Positions 1 to 9,599 of a stretch of 64,000 bases of DNA are shown one piece after another (within the stretch, counting starts at the first letter, position 1; each line of letters begins with the position of its first letter). The notes beneath the pieces were generated by a model. That model saw only the letters and a program-made list of their open reading frames with translations. It had not been told where the DNA came from and did no database searches. The stretch comes from Candidatus Pacearchaeota archaeon. Its GTDB lineage: Archaea; Nanobdellota; Nanobdellia; Pacearchaeales; DTIR01. Position numbers and translations under genes: made by a program. Location of the stretch: assembly GCA_018303805.1 (NCBI GenBank), contig JAGVXL010000001.1, positions 110,208-174,207 on the forward strand. The letters are read 5' to 3'.

Positions 1-364
1 CGTGTATCTTCGGTTTTTCTTTTTTCTTGTCATAGAGCAGTTTCACAATCCCCCTTCTTTCAGCATCTTCCAGAATGTCAAGATTGCATGAAAAGTCATC
101 ATTTCCCATCATAATATAAACCTCTTTTTTGCCTTTCAATCTCTCCATTCTTGGGACAAGATATTTCTCTAGAAATACCCGTTGGTTTCCTGCCATAAGC
201 CAAAAATATTCACTGTTAGAGATTGTTTCAAATCCAACCTCTGTCCCAACCACATAATTAGGCAGAATATCCCCCCCTATAACAACGGCATCAGCTTTTT
301 CCTCAAAAAGCCTTTCATAAAGCCCTTTGCCCCCATGCAAGTCAGTTGCGTATGCTATTTTCAT
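1..364 (-). CDS. Metallophosphoesterase (Icc/calcineurin-like), runs off the window edge
   Basis: Not in the ORF track. Manual translation MKIAYATDLHGG...VVIGGDILP...YIMMGNDD shows DxH, GD and GNxD motifs. Confidence 0.8.
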   Translation of the reverse strand, partial: MKIAYATDLHGGKGLYERLFEEKADAVVIGGDILPNYVVGTEVGFETISNSEYFWLMAGNQRVFLEKYLVPRMERLKGKKEVYIMMGNDDFSCNLDILEDAERRGIVKLLYDKKKEKPKIH

Positions 365-394
365 TTTCCTCTTTTTCTAAAACAGATTTTAATT

Positions 395-901
395 TTAAAC
401 CGCCATCCTATCTATAATCGAGAGATTTTTTGGAGCATTTGAAGCTTTTTTATAAGCATCATAGGCAGGCATTTTGTATGCTGCAATTTGAGTTGAGCAA
501 ATGTAATCCTTCTTTCCATTGTCTATTGCAAGCCAGCACAAGAAACCCCTTATATTGAAACCATTGCTTAATGCCTCCCTGTAATGTGCACTTTCATGCT
601 TGACAGACTCATTTATCCTTCCTGTAACAAAGCCATTTTTTTCCAAGAACTTCCGCATTTTTCCCAATGATGGAAAAATGTATTTGTCCTCTTCATAAAG
701 CATTTTAGAATATTTATTCTCAATCTCCCTCTTTTTTTGCTTGAGGAAGAAGAGGGCCTTGTCCTCATCAAAAATTCCTGCCATCAGTCTTGCAAAAGCA
801 AGATTTTCCATAGCCTTTACCTCTTTGTAGAATTCAACCAAATCAGAAAACCTCGTTTTTGGCTTTATCACCTTTCTTTTCATATATACCAAAATAGCCA
901 A
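395..901 (-). CDS. Hypothetical protein (HExxH-like HESAH motif)
   Basis: 168-aa ORF; KHESAHY resembles a zincin motif. Confidence 0.55.
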   Translation of the reverse strand: MAILVYMKRKVIKPKTRFSDLVEFYKEVKAMENLAFARLMAGIFDEDKALFFLKQKKREIENKYSKMLYEEDKYIFPSLGKMRKFLEKNGFVTGRINESVKHESAHYREALSNGFNIRGFLCWLAIDNGKKDYICSTQIAAYKMPAYDAYKKASNAPKNLSIIDRMAV

Positions 902-933
902 ATACTTTTAAAGATTGTTGTAATTACAGAATT

Positions 934-1233
934 ATGAAAAAAACAAGGATTGACAGATTAGACGAATTCCTAAGAAAAGAGAACATGTCTGACCAAGCTG
1001 GAGGCACTTTCAAGACAATAGACAGTATGCTCTCGCATTTGGGAATTGACGGAAAAAAACAGAGAGAAGAACTAATCTCGCGCCTTTATTCCACTGTTGG
1101 CGTTAAGAAAGAAACCAAGGAAATGAAATCCTATGCCAAAAACTGCATAGAAAACAAAAAGGAGTTTATTCTTTATTTCAAGAAAGTTCCAAGAGGCTAT
1201 CATGCAAGAATATACCTGCCGTTAAAGAAATAA
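934..1233 (+). CDS. Hypothetical protein
   Basis: 99-aa ORF, TATA-like TTTAAA about 25 nt upstream. Confidence 0.55.
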   Translation: MKKTRIDRLDEFLRKENMSDQAGGTFKTIDSMLSHLGIDGKKQREELISRLYSTVGVKKETKEMKSYAKNCIENKKEFILYFKKVPRGYHARIYLPLKK

Positions 1234-1728
1234 TCACCCGAAATAGCTTCTTTCCTTCTTCTCAAAAGATGCGTTCCACGCCCTGTCTATTGCCCTGCTC
1301 ATCTCCTGGAAATCAGGATGCATTGCCTGCCATTTCTTTGCAGAATCCCTGATGAACTCTGCCTCTGCCTTCTCGTTGTATTTCATGTCAAGGGCTATGG
1401 CTTTTATCTCAAACTCGCAGACTTTCCTGTAAATCTCCTCAACAATCTTCTTGTCAGAAGCCCCAAGATGCTTTATCACAGAAAGCAGGAAGAATGGCGC
1501 AGCAGTAGGATTTATCATCAATTCCAAAAATCTCAGGAATGCAACCGCCTTTTCTGTTATCGCTTTTCTTATCTCCCTTAATAAAATGTCGGTCTCATGC
1601 TCTGCTATCCTCTCAATCTCAAATTCCTCGTTAAGCTGCTGGAAGCTTGGCAGTTTGTATTTTTTCTGCAGTTTTTCATAATCTTTCTTTAACTTTTCAA
1701 GAGAAGATTCAATCCTTAGCTTTGGCAT
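1234..1728 (-). CDS. Conserved hypothetical helical protein
   Basis: 164-aa ORF with typical composition, ends SYFG. Confidence 0.7.
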   Translation of the reverse strand: MPKLRIESSLEKLKKDYEKLQKKYKLPSFQQLNEEFEIERIAEHETDILLREIRKAITEKAVAFLRFLELMINPTAAPFFLLSVIKHLGASDKKIVEEIYRKVCEFEIKAIALDMKYNEKAEAEFIRDSAKKWQAMHPDFQEMSRAIDRAWNASFEKKERSYFG

Positions 1729-1802
1729 TTTTATAGAGATATTAAACTATTCCCCGTTAACTTTAAAAATCTTTGCCAGCCATCCAGCTTGGAACAAACA
1801 AT

Positions 1803-4409
1803 CTACATGACGAGTTTTAGAAAGAGCTTATTGTTCATGTTATTTTTTATCTTGTCTATATCCTTATCAATTCTCTTCTCGTAATAATCTTCAAGAAGAT
1901 TGTCTGTGATAAATTCATGGGTTGCAGGGCCTTTTCCTTTTGGCGGAACAAATGACCTTATGAATGCTATGGGGAAATAATATGGGAATCCAACCATTAT
2001 TCCAAAAGGAGAAAAACTTTCTTCCTTGTGTTTTAGCTTCCTGTCTGGGTGTTCCAATGAAGAAGGAAAACACAACTCCATATTGCGGAATGCCTTCCCA
2101 ACTGCGGGAACATGCGCATGTCCCGCATCAACTTCCCTGAAACCTTCCATTATCAAGCCGGTTTCATAAAGATACTTTGTAGCCCTCATAACAGGGTCTG
2201 TCTTGTACAGCCCGCCAGTTCCTATTTTATGAAGAGTCAGAAGTTTTCCATAATCTTTTCCATCCTTTGATGTCATATTGCTTTGGTAATAGCTTTCATA
2301 ACCGAGAAGCCTGACACCTGTTGAGCCCTCATCAAATTTTGAGTCAAGCCCAGCATGGAAATTTAAATCTTCTAATATTTTTTCAAGCGCATTGCTGTTC
2401 TTTTGCTCTGGGATTGATTCTCTTATATAAGCAGTTATTGCTTGCCTTACCTCTTCAGAGATGTGATTGCCTTGCAGCCATATCAAACTCTCTTTTAACC
2501 TGCTTTTCTTTACAATTTTCTTGTCAGCGTCTTCCCCAAGATACCTATATACGTTCAATTGCCGCTCTATATTTGGCTTTATAAAATAACCCTCTCTTGC
2601 TGCCCCATAGTACTTCCCAAATTGGATAAAATCACCAAGTTTAGCCCTTAGGTCAACTAAACCAAAATCAGCCAATTCTTCTACAATTCTGTTAAATGAG
2701 ATTGCCGCCTCCCTCCTCATAACATCCTTCCCGATATGCTCGTCACCATGCTTTATGCTCACAGCAAAACATTCATCGTCTTTTGCTATATTGGAAATTT
2801 TTCCTATTTCCTCCAGATTAGGGAATGTAAAACGTGGCGTATGAGAGTGGTAATCTAGTATTGCTGCGCCGCTTGTCGCCCCCCATTTATTTGCCAAGCT
2901 GCTGTCCTCGCTTATCTTGCCGTTTTTTCTTTCCTTATCTATATCAAAGAAAGGACCGAGCAAAACAAGGTGTTTCTGTTTTGCAGAATCCCCTACAGAG
3001 AATGGCTGTGCATTGAAAAGGTGATTGTCCCCAACAAGAATTACATCAATGCCATTAATTTCATCTATTCCAAGGTTTGTAGAGTTTCTCCTGGAATAAG
3101 TTTCTACAAATTTTTCCCTTTTTCTATCCAAAACCTTATTGCCATCACCTTTTCCTGAGGGGTTTTTTACAAGAACATTTACATTATTGTTCAAATTTAT
3201 GATTTCGCCGTTAGGATGGATTTTTAAGTTTTTATGAATTTGTTTCAACAAGCCAATATACTTTTCCTCGCTTAACTTCTGCAAGGCATTAACTAAGTCT
3301 TCTGGGACTCTCCTCTTTACAATTCTGCCGCTAACCGCAATATACTCTTCATCAATATCATGCAGTAGGGTTTCAATGTTATTGGAATAGCGGCTTATCT
3401 TGTCTATGAACTGTGTTGTCTCCTTCCATTCCCAGTCGGTGATATCCTCAGATAATTTTTTAATATCTTCCGATGGAAAAAACTTGCTTATCCTCTGCTC
3501 TACTTCACCAAGCTCCTCTTTTGATTTAACACTTTGATTTTTAATTGCATTGAGCCTTTCTTCTATTTTTTCAGAAGTGTCAAATAGATAATTGCTGAAT
3601 CTTTGGGAGTATCTTTCCTCAGCGGCAGTTTTTTTCTGCGCATATTCATTGTTTGTCTCTTCTTCCCCTTCTTTTATCCTCTCTTCAATAGATTTCTTTT
3701 CTGAATCTAAATTCCGCAGTTTCTTTTTTAGTTCAACTCTTCTATTGTCTGCAATCTTTTTCTTGTCAAGTTCTTTACGCAGAACCTTCAACTTGTGGTT
3801 TATCAGATAATAATTCTCCTCCTCTTTAATCTCTTTTTTTTGGCTCTTTAAAGCATGATTATATTCTTTATCAAGATGTTTTGTAGTTGTTATTATTTTT
3901 GTCTCAGCCTTTTCTGACAGTTCTCTTGTTTTATTGACATACTTTACTATATCCTTAAGATTTCTTCTTGTTGTTGCCAGACCATTAACGAAGACATCAA
4001 AAAGAGAGGAGTATATCTCAACCATATTTGAAAGGTCTTCTGGACCGAGAACATAGTGGGTGTCTTGCTCCATATCACCAAATAAATTTTTGGTTGTTTC
4101 AATCATATCCTCCAGCTTTTTTCTAGGTCTTCTTTTGAAGTGAGTTTTTGAGTAATAATCATAATATTGTGGCAAAATTCCTCCCGCAATTATCAAAGGT
4201 AGATTAAACTCTTTTGCGAGCTTTTTAGTATCCTGCCACGCATCCTCGTTGAAATAATCAGAAGCAAATTTAGGATTTGATATGGCAACAAAGGAAGATT
4301 CGCTGTTTTTCAGTCTTTTATAAGGATTTCGTGTGAATTCAAGCCTGTTAGAAAGCCACTTATCAATTATTTTTCTGTCCTTTTTTCCATTCAAACTCTC
4401 TTTTTGCAT
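1803..4409 (-). CDS. Large protein: degenerate phosphoesterase with coiled-coil insertion plus C-terminal calcineurin-like metallophosphoesterase
   Basis: C-terminal motifs GDEHIG, LGDFI, QGNH, LH, AGHAH; long K/E-rich coiled coil around aa 140-370. Confidence 0.7.
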   Translation of the reverse strand: MQKESLNGKKDRKIIDKWLSNRLEFTRNPYKRLKNSESSFVAISNPKFASDYFNEDAWQDTKKLAKEFNLPLIIAGGILPQYYDYYSKTHFKRRPRKKLEDMIETTKNLFGDMEQDTHYVLGPEDLSNMVEIYSSLFDVFVNGLATTRRNLKDIVKYVNKTRELSEKAETKIITTTKHLDKEYNHALKSQKKEIKEEENYYLINHKLKVLRKELDKKKIADNRRVELKKKLRNLDSEKKSIEERIKEGEEETNNEYAQKKTAAEERYSQRFSNYLFDTSEKIEERLNAIKNQSVKSKEELGEVEQRISKFFPSEDIKKLSEDITDWEWKETTQFIDKISRYSNNIETLLHDIDEEYIAVSGRIVKRRVPEDLVNALQKLSEEKYIGLLKQIHKNLKIHPNGEIINLNNNVNVLVKNPSGKGDGNKVLDRKREKFVETYSRRNSTNLGIDEINGIDVILVGDNHLFNAQPFSVGDSAKQKHLVLLGPFFDIDKERKNGKISEDSSLANKWGATSGAAILDYHSHTPRFTFPNLEEIGKISNIAKDDECFAVSIKHGDEHIGKDVMRREAAISFNRIVEELADFGLVDLRAKLGDFIQFGKYYGAAREGYFIKPNIERQLNVYRYLGEDADKKIVKKSRLKESLIWLQGNHISEEVRQAITAYIRESIPEQKNSNALEKILEDLNFHAGLDSKFDEGSTGVRLLGYESYYQSNMTSKDGKDYGKLLTLHKIGTGGLYKTDPVMRATKYLYETGLIMEGFREVDAGHAHVPAVGKAFRNMELCFPSSLEHPDRKLKHKEESFSPFGIMVGFPYYFPIAFIRSFVPPKGKGPATHEFITDNLLEDYYEKRIDKDIDKIKNNMNNKLFLKLVM

Positions 4410-4591
4410 TGAATATATAGAAAAAAGATTATTAAATACATTATTATAAAAAAAGTTTTATTTTATAAAGACTGCTTTTCAAAATATATTACCATTTTAG
4501 TATGACTACAAGATATATTTCCTTAAGAGTAGTTTATTTAAAAATTTAGGCTTCTTGATTTTCGTTAAGGGGGCAAAGTAAAGAAAGAAAA

Positions 4592-6271
4592 ATGCCACAA
4601 GACAGTTTGCTCGAGCTATTATGTTCTCAGGCAGAGAAATGGATGCAGGTGAACCAGGCAAAGAAAATTGTTGGAACTCCAAAGACAGGACAGAATTCCA
4701 CATATAAAATTGATTTTTATCCAAGGCAGGTTGCCTACTGCCTGAAAAAAGAGGAGGAAACTGAACTTGTTGCAGATAAGGGGGGCTTGACAACAGCAAC
4801 AGACGCATGCCTGATTAAAAATAATATATTGAGAGTTGAAACAAGAGTTGGAGATTTGATTGATGCTGAAGGAAATGGTGTTGGTTATGCCTGTCATAGG
4901 GAAGATGCACCCATAGATAATCTTCCTGCAATTGAAAGGAAAGTGGATAAGGTATCAGAGAATGTATTGAAGACTGCATTTCAGAATTACTGGAAATATC
5001 ATGCACAGTACACAGAATATAAGAACGACAAATTCAAAAAATTTTCAGCAGAAGAGCCTGTTGACTACCATGAAGATGAGAAATACGTAGAGGTTAATAA
5101 AGAACAAGCGGGAAAACTTCTTGAGGAGATAACCAATAATTTCTGCAATATAAACGGGGTAGAAGACTGCTGGGCTAAAGCATCTATACAGAAGACAAAA
5201 AGGGATTTTGTCAGTTTTGAAAGGACAGCAGAAAATGGCATAAGAAAGAGGATTATTTCAACATGCGAGAAAGGGGCATATTTTGGGGTTTCAGTTACAA
5301 TTGAAGACAGGAAGGGGCAGGAGATTGAATACTACCAAAACCTGGCTGGTCTTAATGCAGAAGAGGTTTTTGATAGGGGCAGGATTCTTGCAATGGTAAA
5401 GACTCTTGAGCATAAAATAAGGGAAAGAATTGACTGCGAGGTTCAGCCTTCAGGGGTTTATCCGGTAATAATGGATGGCAGGGCTCTTGGTGTTTTATTC
5501 CATGAAGGCGCAGTTGCACATTTATTATCTGCAAAATGCATTGATGAGGATTATGCAACAACATTTGAAGGCAAGATAGGGGAGAAAATTATACCTTCTT
5601 TTATCTCTTTATATAATAATTCCACAAAAGAGGGTGAATGGGGGGCTTATAAATATGACGAGGAGGGGGTTAAAAGCCAGTGCGTCCCAATAATAGAAAA
5701 CGGAATCCTAAAAAGCTATCTATATGATAGGACAACTGCTGGCAGAAGAGGAATAAAATCAAATGGCTGTTCTCGGGCAAGCAATAATGAGATGGGGCTG
5801 GATTATTATGATATTGACTCAAATAATTATTTCACAGAGCCAAGAATAAGTATACTGGAAGTCAAGTCATCTGTAAACCACAGGTTTGAGGATTTAGTTA
5901 AAAGGATGATTGCTGTCTGCAAGGAAAAAGGGCTTGACTATGGATTGCTTATTGAAGGCGGTGGCGGGGAAGTTTTTACAGGCACAGGCGAATTCAGGAT
6001 AAGTCCGGACTTTATTTACAGAATTTACACAAATAGAAAAATTGTGCCGATTTCGAGTGCATATATCCTAGGCAATCCTTATATGATGCTTAATCAGCTG
6101 GAGATGGTTGGCGGAGAATACAGCAGGGGCTATGGTTTCTGCGGCTCTGATTCAGGATTTGTGCACACACAAGAAATCTCGCCTTACGGGTTCCTTACCA
6201 ATGTCGAAGTAAGAAAACTTGGAGAAGATGCTCCAAGAAGATTGAAATCTGAGAGAAAAAGCAGAAAATAA
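4592..6271 (+). CDS. tldD: TldD/PmbA family metalloprotease
   Basis: GVYPVIM...GVLFHEGAVAH, YDEEGVKSQ, IENGILKSYL, GFCG motifs. Confidence 0.85.
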   Translation: MPQDSLLELLCSQAEKWMQVNQAKKIVGTPKTGQNSTYKIDFYPRQVAYCLKKEEETELVADKGGLTTATDACLIKNNILRVETRVGDLIDAEGNGVGYACHREDAPIDNLPAIERKVDKVSENVLKTAFQNYWKYHAQYTEYKNDKFKKFSAEEPVDYHEDEKYVEVNKEQAGKLLEEITNNFCNINGVEDCWAKASIQKTKRDFVSFERTAENGIRKRIISTCEKGAYFGVSVTIEDRKGQEIEYYQNLAGLNAEEVFDRGRILAMVKTLEHKIRERIDCEVQPSGVYPVIMDGRALGVLFHEGAVAHLLSAKCIDEDYATTFEGKIGEKIIPSFISLYNNSTKEGEWGAYKYDEEGVKSQCVPIIENGILKSYLYDRTTAGRRGIKSNGCSRASNNEMGLDYYDIDSNNYFTEPRISILEVKSSVNHRFEDLVKRMIAVCKEKGLDYGLLIEGGGGEVFTGTGEFRISPDFIYRIYTNRKIVPISSAYILGNPYMMLNQLEMVGGEYSRGYGFCGSDSGFVHTQEISPYGFLTNVEVRKLGEDAPRRLKSERKSRK

Positions 6272-6287
6272 GAAAAAATACAAAAAA

Positions 6288-6406
6288 GCCCCGACCGAGG
6301 ATTGAACTCGGGACCTTGTCCTTTTTGTTTTCTCTCCAAAGTCCCTTCTTTTGAAAAGAAGAGAGCTTTTACCAAGGACACGCTCTACCAACTGAGCCAT
6401 CGGGGC
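6288..6406 (-). tRNA. tRNA-Thr(GGT) with 47-nt intron (6323-6369) at 37/38
   Basis: Cloverleaf GCCCCGA/TCGGGGC, anticodon stem TGTCC/GGACA, T-loop TTCAATC; 72 nt after intron removal. Confidence 0.9.
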
Positions 6407-6442
6407 ATAGAGCAAGAAAAAATCAGGAATTTAAAAATCTAT

Positions 6443-6703
6443 TCAAATGCTTATGTTCAAGCTTGTATTAAGAACAGTTACCCCAAAAGAGCTTGGAACA
6501 TTTTCCATCTGCGGCAGCCATCTCATATTGTACGCAACAACAGCCAAATCTCTTATATTTCCGGCAACCTGCCAAACCCACTTGCCATAAATCTTTACAA
6601 AAACCATGCTGCTGTTAATGCTTTTAAAATCTGTCTGCTGCTTGTTTGCTATAAACAATGCTCCAAGAATCAGCACAATCATAATAATGACCCCCAGCCT
6701 CAT
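6443..6703 (-). CDS. Small membrane protein
   Basis: 86 aa, hydrophobic N-terminus. Confidence 0.6.
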   Translation of the reverse strand: MRLGVIIMIVLILGALFIANKQQTDFKSINSSMVFVKIYGKWVWQVAGNIRDLAVVAYNMRWLPQMENVPSSFGVTVLNTSLNISI

Positions 6704-6725
6704 GCATAGAAAAAGAAATTTTTGT

Positions 6726-9437
6726 TTATATTCTTTTCGGAAATAGGATTTGATACAAAGCCTTGATACTCTCCCCAGTTATTGGTGCTGGTTCTGGTGC
6801 AGGAGGCGCTTCAGGTTGTTGAGTTTCAGCCATTGGTTCTGTATTAGGTTCAGGAACAGTCTCAGGCCTTTCTTCAGGTGCTAAAATAGGCTCGTGTAAT
6901 TCAATCCTTTCAGCTTTCTCTTCTATTTCTTGAATATTATCTTCTATATCTCTGATTTCCTCTTTAATCTCCTCCGCCCTCTCTGTATCTGGTTTTATTT
7001 CCTCTGCATTCCTTTCAGCCCTTTCTGCAATCTTGTTTATTTGTTCATTTGTTATGTATGCTTGGTTTCCCTCTTTGTCTACTATCATCCTGTCACCGTT
7101 TTTCATCCTCTCTTCATTTATCTTGGACATGAGTATATCACAGGCAGACTCATCCATAACCCCCATATCAATGCATTCTCTTGGCAGTCTTACTTCACCT
7201 CTTTCCTCAAGAGTTTTTATTCTTCTCAAACACTCTTCCTCCCCTTCCTTGCATGCCCTTTCAACCTGCTCAAGTCTTTCCAATCTCTCTGTTTGCTCAA
7301 GTCTTTCAGTTTGTGGAATTATAATGCCTTTTTCTTCCATAATCTTCCTGCATTCTTCAGGCTCTTTTCCCGCACATTCAGGAGGCATGTTAATTCCTAT
7401 TCCTTCCTCTCTTCTTTGTTTCTCCATAAATCTGCCGCAATCGTCTGGGTTCAAGATATTGGCTTCACGACAAGGGCCTGGAATATTCTCATTCACAAGT
7501 TTGCTTTCTAGAATATGCTGGCATTCTTGTGGTGAAACAGCTTGTCCATTTACAACACATTCTCTTGGGATGTTCGAAATATCACTAGGAGCAGGAAGAG
7601 TAATTCCCATATCCGCCAGAGCCTTATCACACTCCATTCCTCTTACAAAATTTACTCCCCTCTTGCATACATCAGGAAGGCTTTCAAAATCAATTCCCAA
7701 TCTCTCGAGTTCAGGAGATAATCTAACCATATTCTTTGCCATTACCCTTGCACATTCTTCTGGCTCTGATATTCCCTCTTCTTGGCATTCTTCTGGCATG
7801 TTTTTCTTTATTTTCCAGGCATCACATTCCTCTCTGCTGAATATGCCAGCGTCTTTGCAGTCTCCTGGCAGAAGAACCCTTTTGCATGCTTCAGGTGTTA
7901 ATGCATTTGCATCCTGGCAATCTTGAGGAAGATATTTCTCCATTATAAAACTCTCGCATTCATCAAATGTCAAGCCAACGCACTCTTGAGGAATTCTCAT
8001 CTCTCCACTCCATCCACCTCTTGTTCCTCTTGCGTATCCCCCTTGCTCTCCCTGTTGTGGCTGAGGCATTCCTCTTTCTCTCATAATTTTATTGCATTCT
8101 TCTTGGGAAACTGGTTGCCCGTCTCTTATACATTCCCGGGGTATATTACCAACTGCCTGCCCGGGCATTCCTCTTTGAGGCATAATCCCCAATTCATTCA
8201 TTATTTCCATGCATTCATCAGGTGTGACTGGTTTTCCATCTTTGATGCATTCCTGCGGAATGTTCTCCATTCCCCCTCTACCCCTTTCCACCATTATTCT
8301 TTCGCATTCCTCTCTTGGGATTGGCTTGCCGTCTCTTATGCATTCTTGCGGTATCTTGCCGCTTCTCATCATCTTCTCTTCGCATCTCTCAGGACCAATG
8401 AACTCACCATTTTCCATGCATTCTGTTGGTGGCGGCCCATATTTTCCAATCATAATCTTCTCACATTCCTCCTTTGTCGTTGCTCCTGCCTCTATGCATT
8501 CGCTGGGGGCATGCTTCTCCATCATAATCTTCTCGCATTCCTCCCTTGTCTGCGCATTTGCCTCTACACATTCTGGAGGGGCAATTTTTTCAAACATCTC
8601 CTTTTCCTTTTTATTAATTAAATCATCCATTGTTTTTTGAAAGAACGGCTTGAGAAAAGCAGGTATGTTGCTTGGAAGTTCTGGCTTTATATCCCTTAAC
8701 TCTTTGCAGGCAGAATCATCCTTTTGGAATTCGCATCTTATTGCCAATGCCTTGCTTTTTTCGCAGTTTGCCCTTACATCCAATATAGGAATATCAGAGC
8801 AGTCACATTCTCTTGGGTCATTGATGCATATTGTCATTTGCTCAACCATTTTTTGGCCAGCTTCTTCCTGCTTCTTCTTTACTTCTTTGTCAATCTTATC
8901 CCTTAACCATGGGAGAGCATTTTCTTGGTTGCATTTAGGCTCTTTTAACATCAAATCGTAATCCTGAATTGCCAATTCCTTGCATAATTCAAGAACCTTG
9001 TCAGAGAGTTCTACTGCAAACTGTGTTTTTTGCTCCTCGCTAAGATGCTTTTCTAAATAAGCTGAAAATTCAGGGTTAATTTCCTTGCTTTCCATAATCT
9101 TGTCAATTACTTCTTGAACACTAACATTTATATTGGAGGACATATCTGGAGAAGACTCTTCTTGAATAATCTTCAATTTCTCTTTTGCTCTCTCCAAATC
9201 CTTAATTGCTTCCCCTACATTTCCAGCTTTAATATTTTCAATTGCCGCATTAATGTCCTTTTCTCTTGCTTCTAATGCCACTTCAGCCTTTTTCTCGCCA
9301 GTTGCAAAAAATATTCTCAAATCATCAACAATCCTGCCTGTAATGGAGTAAAAAGAAACAGGTTGCGCGGCGACAACATTAGAGAGCAGGATAAACATCA
9401 TGAAGAAGGCGATTATCTTTCTCACTTCCTTTCTCAT
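6726..9437 (-). CDS. Secreted Cys-rich repeat protein
   Basis: Signal peptide; about 16 P-x-E-C-x(5-11)-E-C-x-x-I-M repeats; Pro/Glu-rich tail. Confidence 0.8.
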   Translation of the reverse strand: MRKEVRKIIAFFMMFILLSNVVAAQPVSFYSITGRIVDDLRIFFATGEKKAEVALEAREKDINAAIENIKAGNVGEAIKDLERAKEKLKIIQEESSPDMSSNINVSVQEVIDKIMESKEINPEFSAYLEKHLSEEQKTQFAVELSDKVLELCKELAIQDYDLMLKEPKCNQENALPWLRDKIDKEVKKKQEEAGQKMVEQMTICINDPRECDCSDIPILDVRANCEKSKALAIRCEFQKDDSACKELRDIKPELPSNIPAFLKPFFQKTMDDLINKKEKEMFEKIAPPECVEANAQTREECEKIMMEKHAPSECIEAGATTKEECEKIMIGKYGPPPTECMENGEFIGPERCEEKMMRSGKIPQECIRDGKPIPREECERIMVERGRGGMENIPQECIKDGKPVTPDECMEIMNELGIMPQRGMPGQAVGNIPRECIRDGQPVSQEECNKIMRERGMPQPQQGEQGGYARGTRGGWSGEMRIPQECVGLTFDECESFIMEKYLPQDCQDANALTPEACKRVLLPGDCKDAGIFSREECDAWKIKKNMPEECQEEGISEPEECARVMAKNMVRLSPELERLGIDFESLPDVCKRGVNFVRGMECDKALADMGITLPAPSDISNIPRECVVNGQAVSPQECQHILESKLVNENIPGPCREANILNPDDCGRFMEKQRREEGIGINMPPECAGKEPEECRKIMEEKGIIIPQTERLEQTERLERLEQVERACKEGEEECLRRIKTLEERGEVRLPRECIDMGVMDESACDILMSKINEERMKNGDRMIVDKEGNQAYITNEQINKIAERAERNAEEIKPDTERAEEIKEEIRDIEDNIQEIEEKAERIELHEPILAPEERPETVPEPNTEPMAETQQPEAPPAPEPAPITGESIKALYQILFPKRI

Positions 9438-9523
9438 GAAAATTATAATACTAAAGGGTATATAAAATTTTTCAGTCCTTAATGAGATAGATTTTTAAAT
9501 TTGTCAAACCTACCCAAGAACAT

Positions 9524-9596
9524 AGCCCTGTAGTCTAGTGGTCCAGGATAATTGGCTCTGGCCCAGTTGACCTCGGTTCGAATCCGAGCAGGGCTA
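9524..9596 (+). tRNA. tRNA-Gln(CTG)
   Basis: AGCCCTG/CAGGGCT acceptor stem; ATTGG-CTCTGGC-CCAGT anticodon arm. Confidence 0.95.
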
Positions 9597-9599
9597 TAT

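Noticed and set aside
6152-6709. ORF-track calls overlapping tRNA-Thr
   Set aside because: They translate through a clear tRNA gene or lie antisense to real genes
6930-8961. Long antisense ORFs (up to 297 aa) within the Cys-repeat gene
   Set aside because: Shadow frames caused by biased, repetitive codon usage
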